Shown here: positions 1 through 10,949 of the stretch, one piece after another | How positions within the stretch are numbered: the first letter of the stretch is position 1 | Layout of the letters: every line of letters begins with the position of its first letter | Assembly (NCBI RefSeq): GCF_006345805.1 | Contig: NW_021832488.1 | Span: forward strand, 1-30,996 | DNA length: 30,996 nt | DNA from: Octopus sinensis | Lineage: Eukaryota | Direction of reading: 5' to 3' | The notes under the pieces: model-generated | Databases searched by the model: none | What the model was told of the DNA's origin: nothing | The model's input: only the letters and a program-made list of their open reading frames with translations | Translations under genes and position numbers: made by a program

Positions 1-159
1 TCCTTTATGTTTAATCAGTATACACGGTTGGCCATTGCATCTCTACAAGGTCTAAAACTTTAAAAAAATACCGCCTTCTTTTTCCTTCTAGTTTTTTTTC
101 TGTCACACACACACACACACACACACTCGCACACTCACACACATATATATTTATGTTTT

Positions 160-500
160 GCCACCATATACGGCCCAGTGTTACGATATCTTTTCTGTTC
201 TCTACACTATGTTGAACATTATATGTAACAAATTAACCACATGCTCTCTCGTAGCTTTTAGTATTTCAGCATGGAAGGCATTTATTCCAGGATATTTTGG
301 TTTTTCACTCTCCTTAGTATTCTTTATTTATCTTTTCGTTATTCTGCATGAATCTCCACATCAGATAGATAATCCGAAATTCCTAATATTGCTTCCAGGT
401 TTGTGTGAATTTAGTATTAAGACGATGTTCGAAATTATCTTTGTAGCATTGAAGCATCTTAGAAGTATTTGTATATTCATGTTTTTGTCTTATCCCTAGT
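160..500 (-). mobile_element. Decayed LINE (RTE-like) reverse transcriptase N-terminal fragment
   Basis: Minus-strand translation of 297-175 reads KYPGINAFHAEILKATREHVVNLLHIMFNIV*RTEKIS*HW, matching the non-LTR RT lead-in K.PG.D...AE.LK......L..LFN.....E.IP..W; in-frame stops present. Confidence 0.7.
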
Positions 501-511
501 GATGTAAATGT

Positions 512-646
<135 letters not shown>

Positions 647-799
647 TGCATATATCAGCATATGTATATGTATATTATATATATATATATCGAGAATGAA
701 ATCATATAGCACAGAATTCTTTTTAATACGAAAATTTTCTTAAAACGGAACCGCATTTGGAGGCTATATATTCATACAATTCACTAAATTTTTTCTTTT

Positions 800-1560
800 T
801 CTTCTGTCTTATATTCGTTTCCATTGTACTTGTTACTGAAGCACTCAGATTTGCTTATTTTTGAAGAATTCCTTGATTATTCGTGCAGCATTCTTTGGGT
901 CGTCGTCTAGTTGAAATATCCATGACCTACCCAAATGAATATTGACATGCAGAAGCTCGGTTATTTTCATGATCTTCGAATAGTCTGCACTGTCATTATG
1001 TACCCTTGATCTCATGTATGAAACAGGCCCATTTTACACACATACGATCCCAAACCATGGCATTGTCACCAACATGCGTAACTGCAAGATTCATTCACTC
1101 TAGGTGAAATTCTTCAGTACGACGTAAGACATACACACCGCTGCTTGAACCGAAACAACTAACCTCGATACATCCGACCACGAGTTTTGATCAATCTAAC
1201 ATCATTAACTTATTATGCTCTTCATCAAACTTAATGTAGGTACATCGTTTAACAGGGAAAAGTGAACTTGTGGGAGAGGTTTTCTATATATGCGTCACAC
1301 ATCCCACGAGTTCAATCTGCTTTTGTCGATTTTTATGGCAGTGATACCAATCTGCATGTGACATTAACGACGGACATTTTTCTGTTCTTCATCGACAAAA
1401 GGTGAGTGTATTAGTCTACCTTTTTATAAGTTTTTCGTGGCTGTCTCGAGTAGCCACAAGTTTCATTGAAAATATCCACAATTACTGAGCTACTATTACT
1501 CGAAAACTCCAAACCAGATCCTGCAGTCGGGCAATTCTCGTTCTCTTTGTCTCTGATTAT
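800..1560 (-). mobile_element. Decayed Tc1-family transposase relic
   Basis: Minus-strand pieces RIYRKPL, WSDVSR, FGSSSGVYVLRRTEEFHLE*MNLAVTHVGDNAMVWDRM, WIFQLDDDPKNAAR (922-881) and IIKEFFKNKQI*VLQ match Tc1 motifs (ARKKPLL, WSDESK, TVKHGGGSVMVWGC, WIFQQDNDPKHTA); stops and frameshifts; TIRs not located. Confidence 0.85.
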
Positions 1561-1829
1561 AAGATTCTACGTTTATCCGTCTCAACAGACCTTGAGATCT
1601 TACAATAAAAGTTAATACTTTATACTACTTGGATCAGAAAATAAAATCGAATATCAAAATTAGAATGCATTTTTTTTATCTAAGAAATGTTCTTTACTTA
1701 AGTGGTGTTCGTTTTTGTGGCTTTATGAATACCTTCAGTAATTTTCATGTTCAAAATTACACCGTTTAAAAGAGTAAAAGACTTTTTATTTATAAATAGT
1801 TTGAATTATAAGAATTCAAGGATGCTACA

Positions 1830-2225
1830 GTTATGCATCACCACAAGAACATGGGTGACAGACACTCATGTGGTGGTTATAGAAGTATTTCCTACTTGTT
1901 AATAGTCGGATTAAATCTTGGCAAGAATACTTCCAAATCGCTTCGTTCACCATCTTACCATCAACAATCAGGCACCTTTCAGAAAATCATTGTGGCTTCT
2001 GTTGTGAAAGGTGCAGTACTAGTAAGATCCCTACAATAAGACAGATCCAGAAGAAGTGTATAGAGCAGGATCAGGTACTGAATATAATCTTTGTTGATCT
2101 CATAAAAGCTCTGGCACAGAGAGTGGTGTTGGTTTGTGAAGGGTCCTTTCCACATATGGTTCTTCACTCATGTTCGTGTGTATGGTGCATCGATTTCATG
2201 ATGGCATGTTAGTGAGTGTTGGAAC
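1830..2225 (+). mobile_element. Decayed RTE-clade (BovB-like) LINE reverse transcriptase fragment
   Basis: GDRHSCGGYRSISYLLIVG (from 1854), then after a frameshift LSENHCGFCCERCSTSKIPTIRQIQKKCIEQDQVLNIIFVDLIKAL and RFHDGM, matching RTE RT motifs GDRS.CGNYRGISLL, PESQCGFR, RQLQEKC.EQ, FVDLTKAFD, FHDGM. Confidence 0.88.
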
Positions 2226-2591
2226 CAGTTAAAACATTTCTGTACGGTTTTCTGTCACAGATGTATGGTTGTATATGAGTGTGCATGCATGTGTGTGTAC
2301 TCTCATTATATTGAGTATTTTCGTTCCTAATTAACTGTATTTACTATATAACCGTATGTGTACGTAAGCATGTATCTGTGTGCATGTTTCTCATTGTTGG
2401 TTGTAACTGCTAAAGAAGCTCTGTTGCCATCTATCCATTTTGTAAGGGGAACAATGCAGATTTTATTTTCACCTGTTTTACGGCATAAAACTGAAACTAA
2501 GCACCGGCGGTCTGAGTCCGCACGGAACTGAGTAGCCACATATGTATTTCATGTGCGTATGAATACATGCACTACGCATGTGAAAATGTGT

Positions 2592-2619
2592 GTATGTATG
2601 TTTGTGTGTGTGTGTGTGT

Positions 2620-2662
<43 letters not shown>

Positions 2663-2663
2663 G
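2592..2663. repeat. (GT)n microsatellite
   Basis: Interrupted GT tract. Confidence 0.95.
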
Positions 2664-4605
2664 TGAACTTCGGTATATTCAACATTTTTAATTCAAATAC
2701 GAAACTTGGTGCTTAATGGACATATACACGAGAGGTATATGCTCAGCATTTAGCTGAAACTTCAGAAACACATGTCTGTCGAAAACTTATAACCAATGAC
2801 GTTGATGTTGACAATAGCAATATAAATTTTAAATAATAAAAAAGGAAAGGCTGGAATTAACTTAAATATTAGAAAACCTGACTGTGGAGAATTATAACGC
2901 ACGTTCTAAGGTGCGATCAATATATGAATGTCTCTTGATGGACCATTTCGAAGCTTATTCACAGTTGTTACCAACTAATAGTAATGAATATTTAGGTGGC
3001 TAAAAAAAAAAAACAATCGTAGCTTAAGCTATCGCCGTAGTGGATAGCTTATTTTGCATATACATATGCTTTCGATGGTTTGCTATGAATTTAGCAATAT
3101 ATATATTTTAATATTATATATAACTATGTCCTTGCATAAATGTATTTGGGTAGGTATGTGTGTATTCGGGTAGGTATGTGTGTGCATGTATGTGTATTGC
3201 GGGGTATGTATGTCCGTGCGTGCGTACGTGCGTGTGTGTATAAAGACGAAACTTTTCCTCAAGAGCTTGACGCTGAGTGTTCTGACGAAAGCAGCATTTT
3301 TCTTTCCGAGAAAGGTGGACTCGCGAACAATATTTTGTATTAGTTTTCATAGGACCACTACCTTCATGCATTCACAGTAAATATAATCTGTCCGCAGTCA
3401 TTATATTCTTGCTTCGCTTTTGTTTTGTTTTTGTTTTGTTTTTTCATTTTTCTTTTTCTCTAATCTTGCTAGTTCGCTTGGCGTCCAATTGAAACAGCCA
3501 CAGGATGTTGTGCTGACCATTACCTCACTTTTGTTTTTCATTGGGTCATTTTTAATTATTAATTTATACGACACTCGGTTCGAAAATCACTGCCATAGCG
3601 ATAGACATGCAAGTGGTGGTGTTAGCTTCCGTGTTTGCACATAATAATAGTTCGTATAACGGTTTTGGAATGACTGTTGCAGGTGTAGGTCTGTCCTAGC
3701 CAGACAGACCTAAAATAAAAAGCGTTCCAACCGTGAGAAATCATCGGGATGCCAAATAATGCCAGTTCTTTAATTTGTTTCAGCCAGAGATCTATAGTTA
3801 TGCTAGTACGCCGACATCAAAGATGCTTTGAGACAACCAGGTAAATTCTGCTTAATTCTAGGTAAATTCTACTAAAACGTAATAAAACGGAATTCATGTG
3901 TTGTGTGTTAGCAAAATACTTCAAAACATTCCCTGCTAAGCGAATTCCGTTCTCTATAGAAACAGTAAAATCTCCCTCAGTTACTCCTCCCTAGCTTAAA
4001 TATTAAAAAATAAGAAAAAGACAAACGAAGAGAGCCCTAAAAACACGGGATGGTTGCAGTTGAAATGCCTTCGTTCCATCAGAGCTCGGCTGGTACTATG
4101 CGAAAGCATAAAAAAAAAATTAGGAAAAGAGTTGCATTTAACTTTTTTAATACTATTGAGAAATATTTACCACCATGTAAGGGGGGTAACTCAAGCACAT
4201 ATTTGTGAAACATATTTAAACTCATTCAACTACTTGATCTTTAGTGATTAGGCTGATATATTCATTAACAAACTGGTTAACTTTATTGACCTCAAGAGAA
4301 GAGGGATGGGAGTTGAAATTATTATTCCTTTCCTAAGAGCATCACAGTTTTCTTGGCATAAAGGAAATAGCTTCGTCTGAGAATCAAATATGAGTGGTAT
4401 ACACATTTTTCCTACGATTCATCAATTACTTTCAGGCACGTTATTTGTTCACTGGCGCTGCTTATTATTAGCTTCGAAGACATCGCCTTCATGGTTGTTT
4501 TCGTGTTCCTCGTCTTTGTTGTTATTATTATCATTACTAATATCATCATCATCATCAACATAGACATTCTTTTCTTTTTTTTTTTTTTTGTTCACGCCGG
4601 TATAA

Positions 4606-4752
4606 AATACCTATTTCTTTACTACCCACAAGGGATTAAACACAGAGAGGACAAACAAGGACAGACAAACGGATTAAGTCGATTATATCGACCCCAGTGC
4701 GTAACTGGTACTTATTTAATCGACCCCGAAAGGATGAAAGACAAAGTCACCT
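4606..4752 (-). mobile_element. SINE family A, 5'-truncated monomer
   Basis: Same body and tail (..ggggtcgat..agtaccagttacgcactggggtcgat..aaataggtatt) as the copies at 9622-10018, 24742-24977 and 28009-28534. Confidence 0.9.
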
Positions 4753-4769
4753 AGTGTATGTGTGTCTGT

Positions 4770-5022
4770 GGAGGCGCGTGGCTTAGTGGTTACGGTGTCA
4801 GCATCATGATCGTAAGATTGTGGTTTCGATTCCTAGCCAGGGCGACGCGTTGTGTTCTTGAGCAAAACACTTTATTTCACGTTGCTCCAGTCCACTCAGC
4901 TGGCAAAAATGAGTAACGCTGCGATGGACTGGCGTCCCGTCCAGTTGGGGAACACATACGCCATTGAAACCGGGAAACCGGGCCCATGAGCCTGGCTAGG
5001 CTTTAAAAGGGCGCATTTATTT
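4770..5022 (+). mobile_element. tRNA-derived SINE family C, full length, CORE-like centre
   Basis: A box tggcttagtgg (4779-4789) and B box-like gtttcgattcc (4823-4833). Central gtgttcttgagcaaaacactt resembles the CORE-SINE motif. The 3' ~100 nt are shared with the element at 29660-29964. Confidence 0.85.
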
Positions 5023-5335
5023 TCATTTGTATGTGTGTCTATATGTATGTACATGTATGTGCGTGCATATATGCGTTCAAGTATGTGTAAGTATATGCAT
5101 GTATGTATGCACACATATAAATCCAAATGAGTGTGTATATACAAATTGGTGTATATCTGTGTATGTGTCTGTGGGAATGAGTATATGTGCATGTGTATGC
5201 GCAGGCTTGTGTGTGTTTGTGTGTGCACAAACAACAATGTTTCTGTTTTTTTTAACTACGACTTGATCCGATTCGTCAGAAATAGGAATTAAATATTGTA
5301 TATATGAGTTAGAGGATGTGAAAAAGTGTTGCAGA

Positions 5336-5337
5336 GA

Positions 5338-5372
<35 letters not shown>

Positions 5373-5403
5373 AAGATAGACAGACAGATAGACAGATAGA
5401 CAG
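5336..5403. repeat. (GACA)n/(GATA)n microsatellite
   Basis: Direct reading. Confidence 0.9.
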
Positions 5404-6772
5404 AGGCTAGGTTGCTTTATTGAGAGAGTAAAATGACTAAGAAAGTGCAATAGGAGTGAGAGATTTAGAACAATCGATTATGTAAATCATGTGATGATCA
5501 GCTAAATTTTGAGCAATAACGAAATAAGAGAATGAACTAGTAAGCTAAAACTTTGACATTTTGTCTGTGCTGTGTATCACATGTGATACGCAGGCCATAT
5601 CTCCCTCGTGCCCATACATCATATGATACATATTCCCAAAATTTTTTTCCAACTGCCTCAGTAACTTGGGACTTATGAAATTAAAGCTTTATATTGCTCG
5701 GAACGTATGAAGCAAGGACTAACTAAATGCCGAAAAACGAGCATGGACGATTAGGACGAACTTATGAAAATGCTTTGGTCAGACAAATGGTTATAAAAGT
5801 ATATCGAATGAGTTAGGTGTATGTGTATATCGAAGTAGCAAGGCGTATGTATATAACTTTATACGGCTGTAATTAACTCGAGTAATTTCATACTGTTGCT
5901 ATTTGCCTAAATTCATTACTACATGGAATAGCATCGCTGCTACTAGCCTAAATTCATAGAGTCGATGTCCGGGTAATTGTGTCCTTTAAAAATATCTTTT
6001 AAAAACATTTTCACTAGTTTTATGTTTATTTAATCTCTTCTGTTAGTAATTATTTCACTATAGTGATATTCATGTAATTATTTTCGTTAAGATATTAATG
6101 AAAATATTAAAATAGTTTTTATTAATATAATTTTAAAATTTCCAATTATTCTCCTTAAAGTATTTATTAATAGATATGCTTTATCTTCAAATGTTGTGTG
6201 GATACAGGTGAAATTACAATTAATGTGAGTTTATTGAAGCCTTTAAAACTAACGAAAATGTGTGGAAGGCTTGAATTAACAATTCCGTGTTACTATTTTT
6301 CATCAGTTACGCGCACAACAAACAGGAATTGTTGTATTCGCATAATCGTATTTTCTGTGAGTTTATTTCAGTGGGGGTGGGGGAAGTCAAGTTTTTTTCC
6401 AAGTCAAATTTTATTCATCTAGCTTTGATATGGGTTACACGAATGAAAATGTAGTTCGAACAGCAGAACTACTATTTGGTTTTATTTTCGGAATTAAACG
6501 CTATTTAACCCCTAGCGTATTATTTCAAATTCTACGAGGAGATAGGTCAATGTTACAGTTTGTTCTGTTTAGTTTTTATACTTTTTAATAAAAGCTTTGT
6601 AAGAGGGTAAGAGGTTAACATCATTTTGGCCAATACTACAACAAAAGAATTTATTGCTAATGGCCAATAAAATTTCGTGGTGTTTATGTTTACAATTATG
6701 TTTCGATTTTAAAGACTTCCTCCGATGCAAAAACCACAGAACAAGGGAACAAGGAAGGTGCTACAGCCGCCT

Positions 6773-6810
6773 TCCTCTCTCTCTCTCTCTCTCTCTCTAT
6801 CTCTATCTCT

Positions 6811-6870
<60 letters not shown>

Positions 6871-6880
6871 GTACACACAC
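6773..6880. repeat. Compound (CT)n-(CA)n microsatellite
   Basis: Direct reading. Confidence 0.95.
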
Positions 6881-7397
6881 ATATCGTGAAAATTAAAACT
6901 TGAGACAATATAAACAAATTTTATGATTAGTCTTGACTTGCTGTACGGACTAAAAAAACTGTCGTTGGGCAAAGTGACTACCTACAAAAAAAAACGGAAG
7001 GATTAATTTTGAAATATACTACAGAGACATCCATATTTGTCGACGGTGGGGGAAATGATTAAGAAAAATATTACAATTATTGTATACATTCAGATTGCGT
7101 AATGCTTCGGTAAGTAAAAAGATTGATAAACTCGGGCCTCCAATCTTCAATAGCCTGCTTTCATATATAAAGGATACCGGTCGTGCACTTAAGTTTCTCA
7201 ACTCCTTTTCTTGTTAATTTCTGTACGTCATTCGTGTAAAATCCTACCTCCACCTCTTAGCCATGTGCCCTCAGCTCTTAAACGTGGAATCCGCTCTTTA
7301 CATGATCTCAGCACCACCATCGGAGAGTTCTATCAACCAGTTGACTCGTTGTTCGGCCAACGCAATGAGCGTGCGCCTGTAAATATATATATATATA

Positions 7398-7600
7398 GTT
7401 AATCCAAACATGTAAAACACCAAGATAAAACACAACAACGCGAGGACGTGGAACAAATATAGTATTATTGGACGCTCAGGAAGGAAGGGAAGAAGGAGGG
7501 TTTTACGTTTCGAGCGGAGCTCTTCGTCAGAAACATAGGAAAAGGAAAGATCCAGAGAAGGGAAGACGGAGGAAAAAAAATCGCCAACGGTACACATGCG
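7398..7600 (-). mobile_element. Non-autonomous Penelope-like repeat fragment carrying a hammerhead motif
   Basis: On the minus strand a pyrimidine-rich segment precedes the hammerhead core, followed by tail ..cctgagcgtccaataatac..; a parallel tail (aagcgtcaaactaatac) follows the core at 14562-14599. Flanked by (AT)n runs. PLE assignment is inference from the known PLE-hammerhead association. Confidence 0.55.
7500..7534 (-). ncRNA. Minimal type I hammerhead ribozyme motif
   Basis: Minus strand GUUU-CUGACGA-A-GAGC-UCC-GCUC-GAAA-CGU-A-AAAC: intact CUGANGA and GAAA cores, stem II GAGC/GCUC, palindromic stem III (ACGU), GUA cleavage triplet, stem I GUUU/AAAC. Confidence 0.75.
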
Positions 7601-7603
7601 GTC

Positions 7604-7674
<71 letters not shown>
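7604..7674. repeat. (AT)n microsatellite
   Basis: Direct reading. Confidence 0.95.
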
Positions 7675-8681
7675 TGTAAATGTGTACATGTGTTTGTGTA
7701 TCTAGCAGCTGTCTATTTGCACTCATACATTGTTACCCCATTTTTTGGTAAATTTATCACATACTTCTGTGCGATTGTCTCTCATGATGATTAAAGCACA
7801 CAGCAGAATAGCAGGACCATGATGCCACTGCTCAGGCACCAACAGCACTTCAAAGGACGCAATTGTATCGGTGACAAAAAGAACACACCTACTTCCGCTA
7901 GTAGTCTTACATGTACTCCCACGGGAGAAGAAACTGCAGACAGCGATATTTCATTGACGCGAGTGTGATACTGTGACCACCTCAACAATAGATTCACTGT
8001 AGTTCCAAGAATCTTGAGTCCTAATTTGAACTTTAAAACATCTATATATAAAAGGGTATAAAAGTATCTAGATATCAAATCTTATAACGACAAATGCCTG
8101 TACGACATGACAGTCACTCTCCAAATGCCTGAAGCCCTTTAATTAGCAAAAAGCAAAGAAAGGCAAATTCTTCAGTGACTAATAAATGCCGCAAGTTTCA
8201 AATGAAAATACCTTTCTCTCGTGTGCATTAATGTACACGTGTAAAATGCACACAACACACACAACCACATATATATACACGCGCGCGCACACATACACAT
8301 AAATAATTGCACTTTGAAGAAGCGCAATTAACACCAAAATGCACACCAAGATGCATAATTCTGCAGTGTACACAAAATTGCAGCAGAAACGTATGTGGGT
8401 CCAGAAATGGAAAGAGGTGATTGACTTCGGAATAAAACTGGATATATAGATCTCTCTTCTCCTTATTAATTTATTATTCCTTCTCTACCGACAACATGTA
8501 GGCTCTATAAAGACATGGATTTACCGATGTGAAGATCTACTGGTGATAGTAAAATAAACTAACTGGAGTTTTTCAACGCTCACGAAGCTTAGCTAGTATT
8601 ATTAACCGGTAAAAGTGAATTCACTAGGATTCGCTAGGATTGTATATCCCTAGCAACCTAATTTGGAAATTTACCTTTATA

Positions 8682-9190
8682 CAGGGTGGACACAGAAAAA
8701 CTGAAGGGTTTGAAAAAGTCATAACTTGTTCCTTTTCAATCTTTTTGCTTTCTTTTTTTTTTTTTTTTTTTGCATGTTAATAGAGCATCTCTTGGATACT
8801 AAAATGGCTACGTATGATGTCCAGCAACGAGTAAAACTCATTAAGATTTTTCTATTCCAGTGAAAGATCAATTATTCAGACTCAGAGAACATACCGGCAA
8901 CATTTTACTGTTAGAGTATCTCCTAGCAATAACATGATTCGGAACCTAATCGCCCGGTTCGAAAGAACTGGATCAGTCGGCAATCTTCCGAGAAGTGGTC
9001 CTCAGCGCACTGTGCGCACTGACGCAGCAGTGGAAGCTGTACGGCAGAGTGTCCTTCAGGATCCATCAGCCTCTATCCGTCATCGCTCTACTCAACTAGG
9101 CATTGACAGAACATCGCTTCAGAAGATTCTGAAGCTGAATTTTTTAAATGTTTCCATCCAAATAAAAGAAACAATTAAAACATTTTAAAA
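8682..9190 (+). mobile_element. Tc1/mariner-superfamily element, 5' half, DUF4817-type HTH transposase (maT/rosa-like)
   Basis: TA followed by CAGGGTG terminus at 8682. ATG at 8804 gives MATYDVQQRVKLIKIF, then after one frameshift YSSERSIIQTQRTYRQHF..MIRNLIARFERTGSVGNLPRSGPQRTVRT..VEAVRQSVLQDPSASIRHRSTQLGIDRTSLQKIL. The catalytic DDD half is absent. Confidence 0.88.
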
Positions 9191-9233
9191 CTATTTGTTT
9201 GAAAAAGTTATTTTTGTTTTATATCATTCAGTC

Positions 9234-9238
<5 letters not shown>

Positions 9239-9271
<33 letters not shown>

Positions 9272-9274
9272 TGT

Positions 9275-9362
<88 letters not shown>
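9239..9362. repeat. Compound (AT)n-(GT)n microsatellite
   Basis: Direct reading. Confidence 0.95.
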
Positions 9363-9621
9363 TGCACATGAATATATGTATACACTATTGGATTGTCGTT
9401 GATTCTCTTGAGTATATCTTTTCTTTAACAGGTTTTGTCTTTCGTACTGGAGGTATCCGAAAATCTTCCTCCTCACCAAGCAAATTTGGAAAAGTTACCG
9501 GCTTAGTCACGAGCGATTCTATCAAGTACAGGTTCCATTAGCTTACGGGATAACCAGTAGCATATCTCTGGTTTCAGATCTCTGATCAACACATACATGC
9601 ACACATAATACAAGAATTAAT

Positions 9622-10018
9622 GTATTTTGCTATTGTCGTATAAGGCCTGAAGTTTGGGGGAACGGAGCTAGTCGATGACATCGACTCCAGTGCGTAACTG
9701 GTACTTAATTTATCGACCCCTAAAGGATTAAAGGCAAAGTTGACCTCGGCGGAATTTAAACTCAGAACATAGACAGACGAAATACCTATTTCTTTACTAC
9801 CCACAAGGGGCTAAACACAGAGAGGACAAACAAACACAGACAAACGGATTAAGTCGATTATATCGACCCCAGAGCGTAACTGGTACTTATTTTATCGACC
9901 CCGAAAGATGAAAGGCAAAGTCGACCTCGGTGGAATTTGAACTCAGAACGTAGCGACAGGTGAAATACCGCTAAGCATTTCGTCTAGTGTGCTAATGATT
10001 CTGCTTTGCTCGCCACCT
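9622..10018 (-). mobile_element. SINE family A, dimeric copy
   Basis: Full unit 10018-9781 with B box-like gttcaaattcc, then a 5'-truncated second unit 9780-9622 with a different tail. Confidence 0.9.
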
Positions 10019-10949
10019 CTGTGTATAATGACGGAAGTTGAAAACAAGAAAGACAATTGTATATCTTTCAACAGAAGTACATAGGTTTACGTCAGTGTGA
10101 TAAAAAGAACGGAAGTAAAAGCAATACTTGTACAACACATGCGCAAGTGAAGTAAAATAATGCGGTTGCGCGGTGCATAGATGTTTTACAAATACACGGA
10201 GATTAATTTTTGCCAACACCGAATATCGTTCGTTGCCTTGAATTCTACTGTTTTACTAAGCATGTAATTAATTTGTTTTATAAATTATTAATTTTTATTT
10301 GTAACTAGAATTGCTATTTATTAATTAACCCTTTCAGACCTGAATTATTTCTTTATTCAGAGAAATGATCTCAGGATTTAAAAAGGTTCATGCAATGAAT
10401 TGATAATAACAGCATAACATAATCACTTGCTAAAATATAACAGTTACAGCCAGAATTTCGAAAAATTACCATTTCGAGAATAATTTGTAAATGTTTACGT
10501 TGACATATCGGACTGCATGTCAATGTCAAATATGGCTTCTCATACACCTTTATAAATATATACAACATTCTGTGCAACATTCTGTAGATTTATTATTCTG
10601 ATCAAGAATCAAATGAAGAGAAAATGTGACTGCCTCTCTGCTACTGCCATACGTGTGGGAAAATCATATTATTATCCAGCTGTTTGTTCGAAACTCATTT
10701 CAAACTGCAAGTACTTGTGTTTATATATGCTATTATAGGTTTATTCAAATTGAAATTCTTAATTTGTCAAGTTAATATGATTAAATATACTATATAACGC
10801 AACTGCAAATACAATCAAAGTCTTCTTGTTAAGTCATTTCTGATGCAATAGTTTCGGCTACAATTAATATCAGCACTACAAGCTAAGGAAACCATGCCTA
10901 AGTTTGCTTGAAGCAAATCAGCCGAAGAATATTAATTTATTGTGACTAA

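Noticed and set aside
158-499. 113-aa hydrophobic plus-strand ORF
   Set aside because: It is antisense to a LINE RT relic whose motifs are on the minus strand.
3284-3296. Plus-strand CUGACGAAAG (other lone CUGAUGA at ~6302, ~11285, ~18853)
   Set aside because: Isolated 7-mers without stem II and GAAA; expected by chance.
4770-4845. tRNA-like sequence with A and B boxes (likewise 26760-26830, 29895-29964)
   Set aside because: No complete cloverleaf; continues into SINE bodies present in several copies.
5262-5285. Minus-strand CUGACGA with a 5' context like the 7.5 kb hammerhead
   Set aside because: No stem II and no GAAA at a workable distance.
5574-5589. Perfect 16-bp palindrome gtatcacatgtgatac
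   Set aside because: Single short palindrome with no supporting context.
6505-6618. TTAA-CC..GG-TTAA bounded segment, possible piggyBac-type MITE (similar at 10325-10390)
   Set aside because: Terminal complementarity is too short or degenerate to support from one copy.
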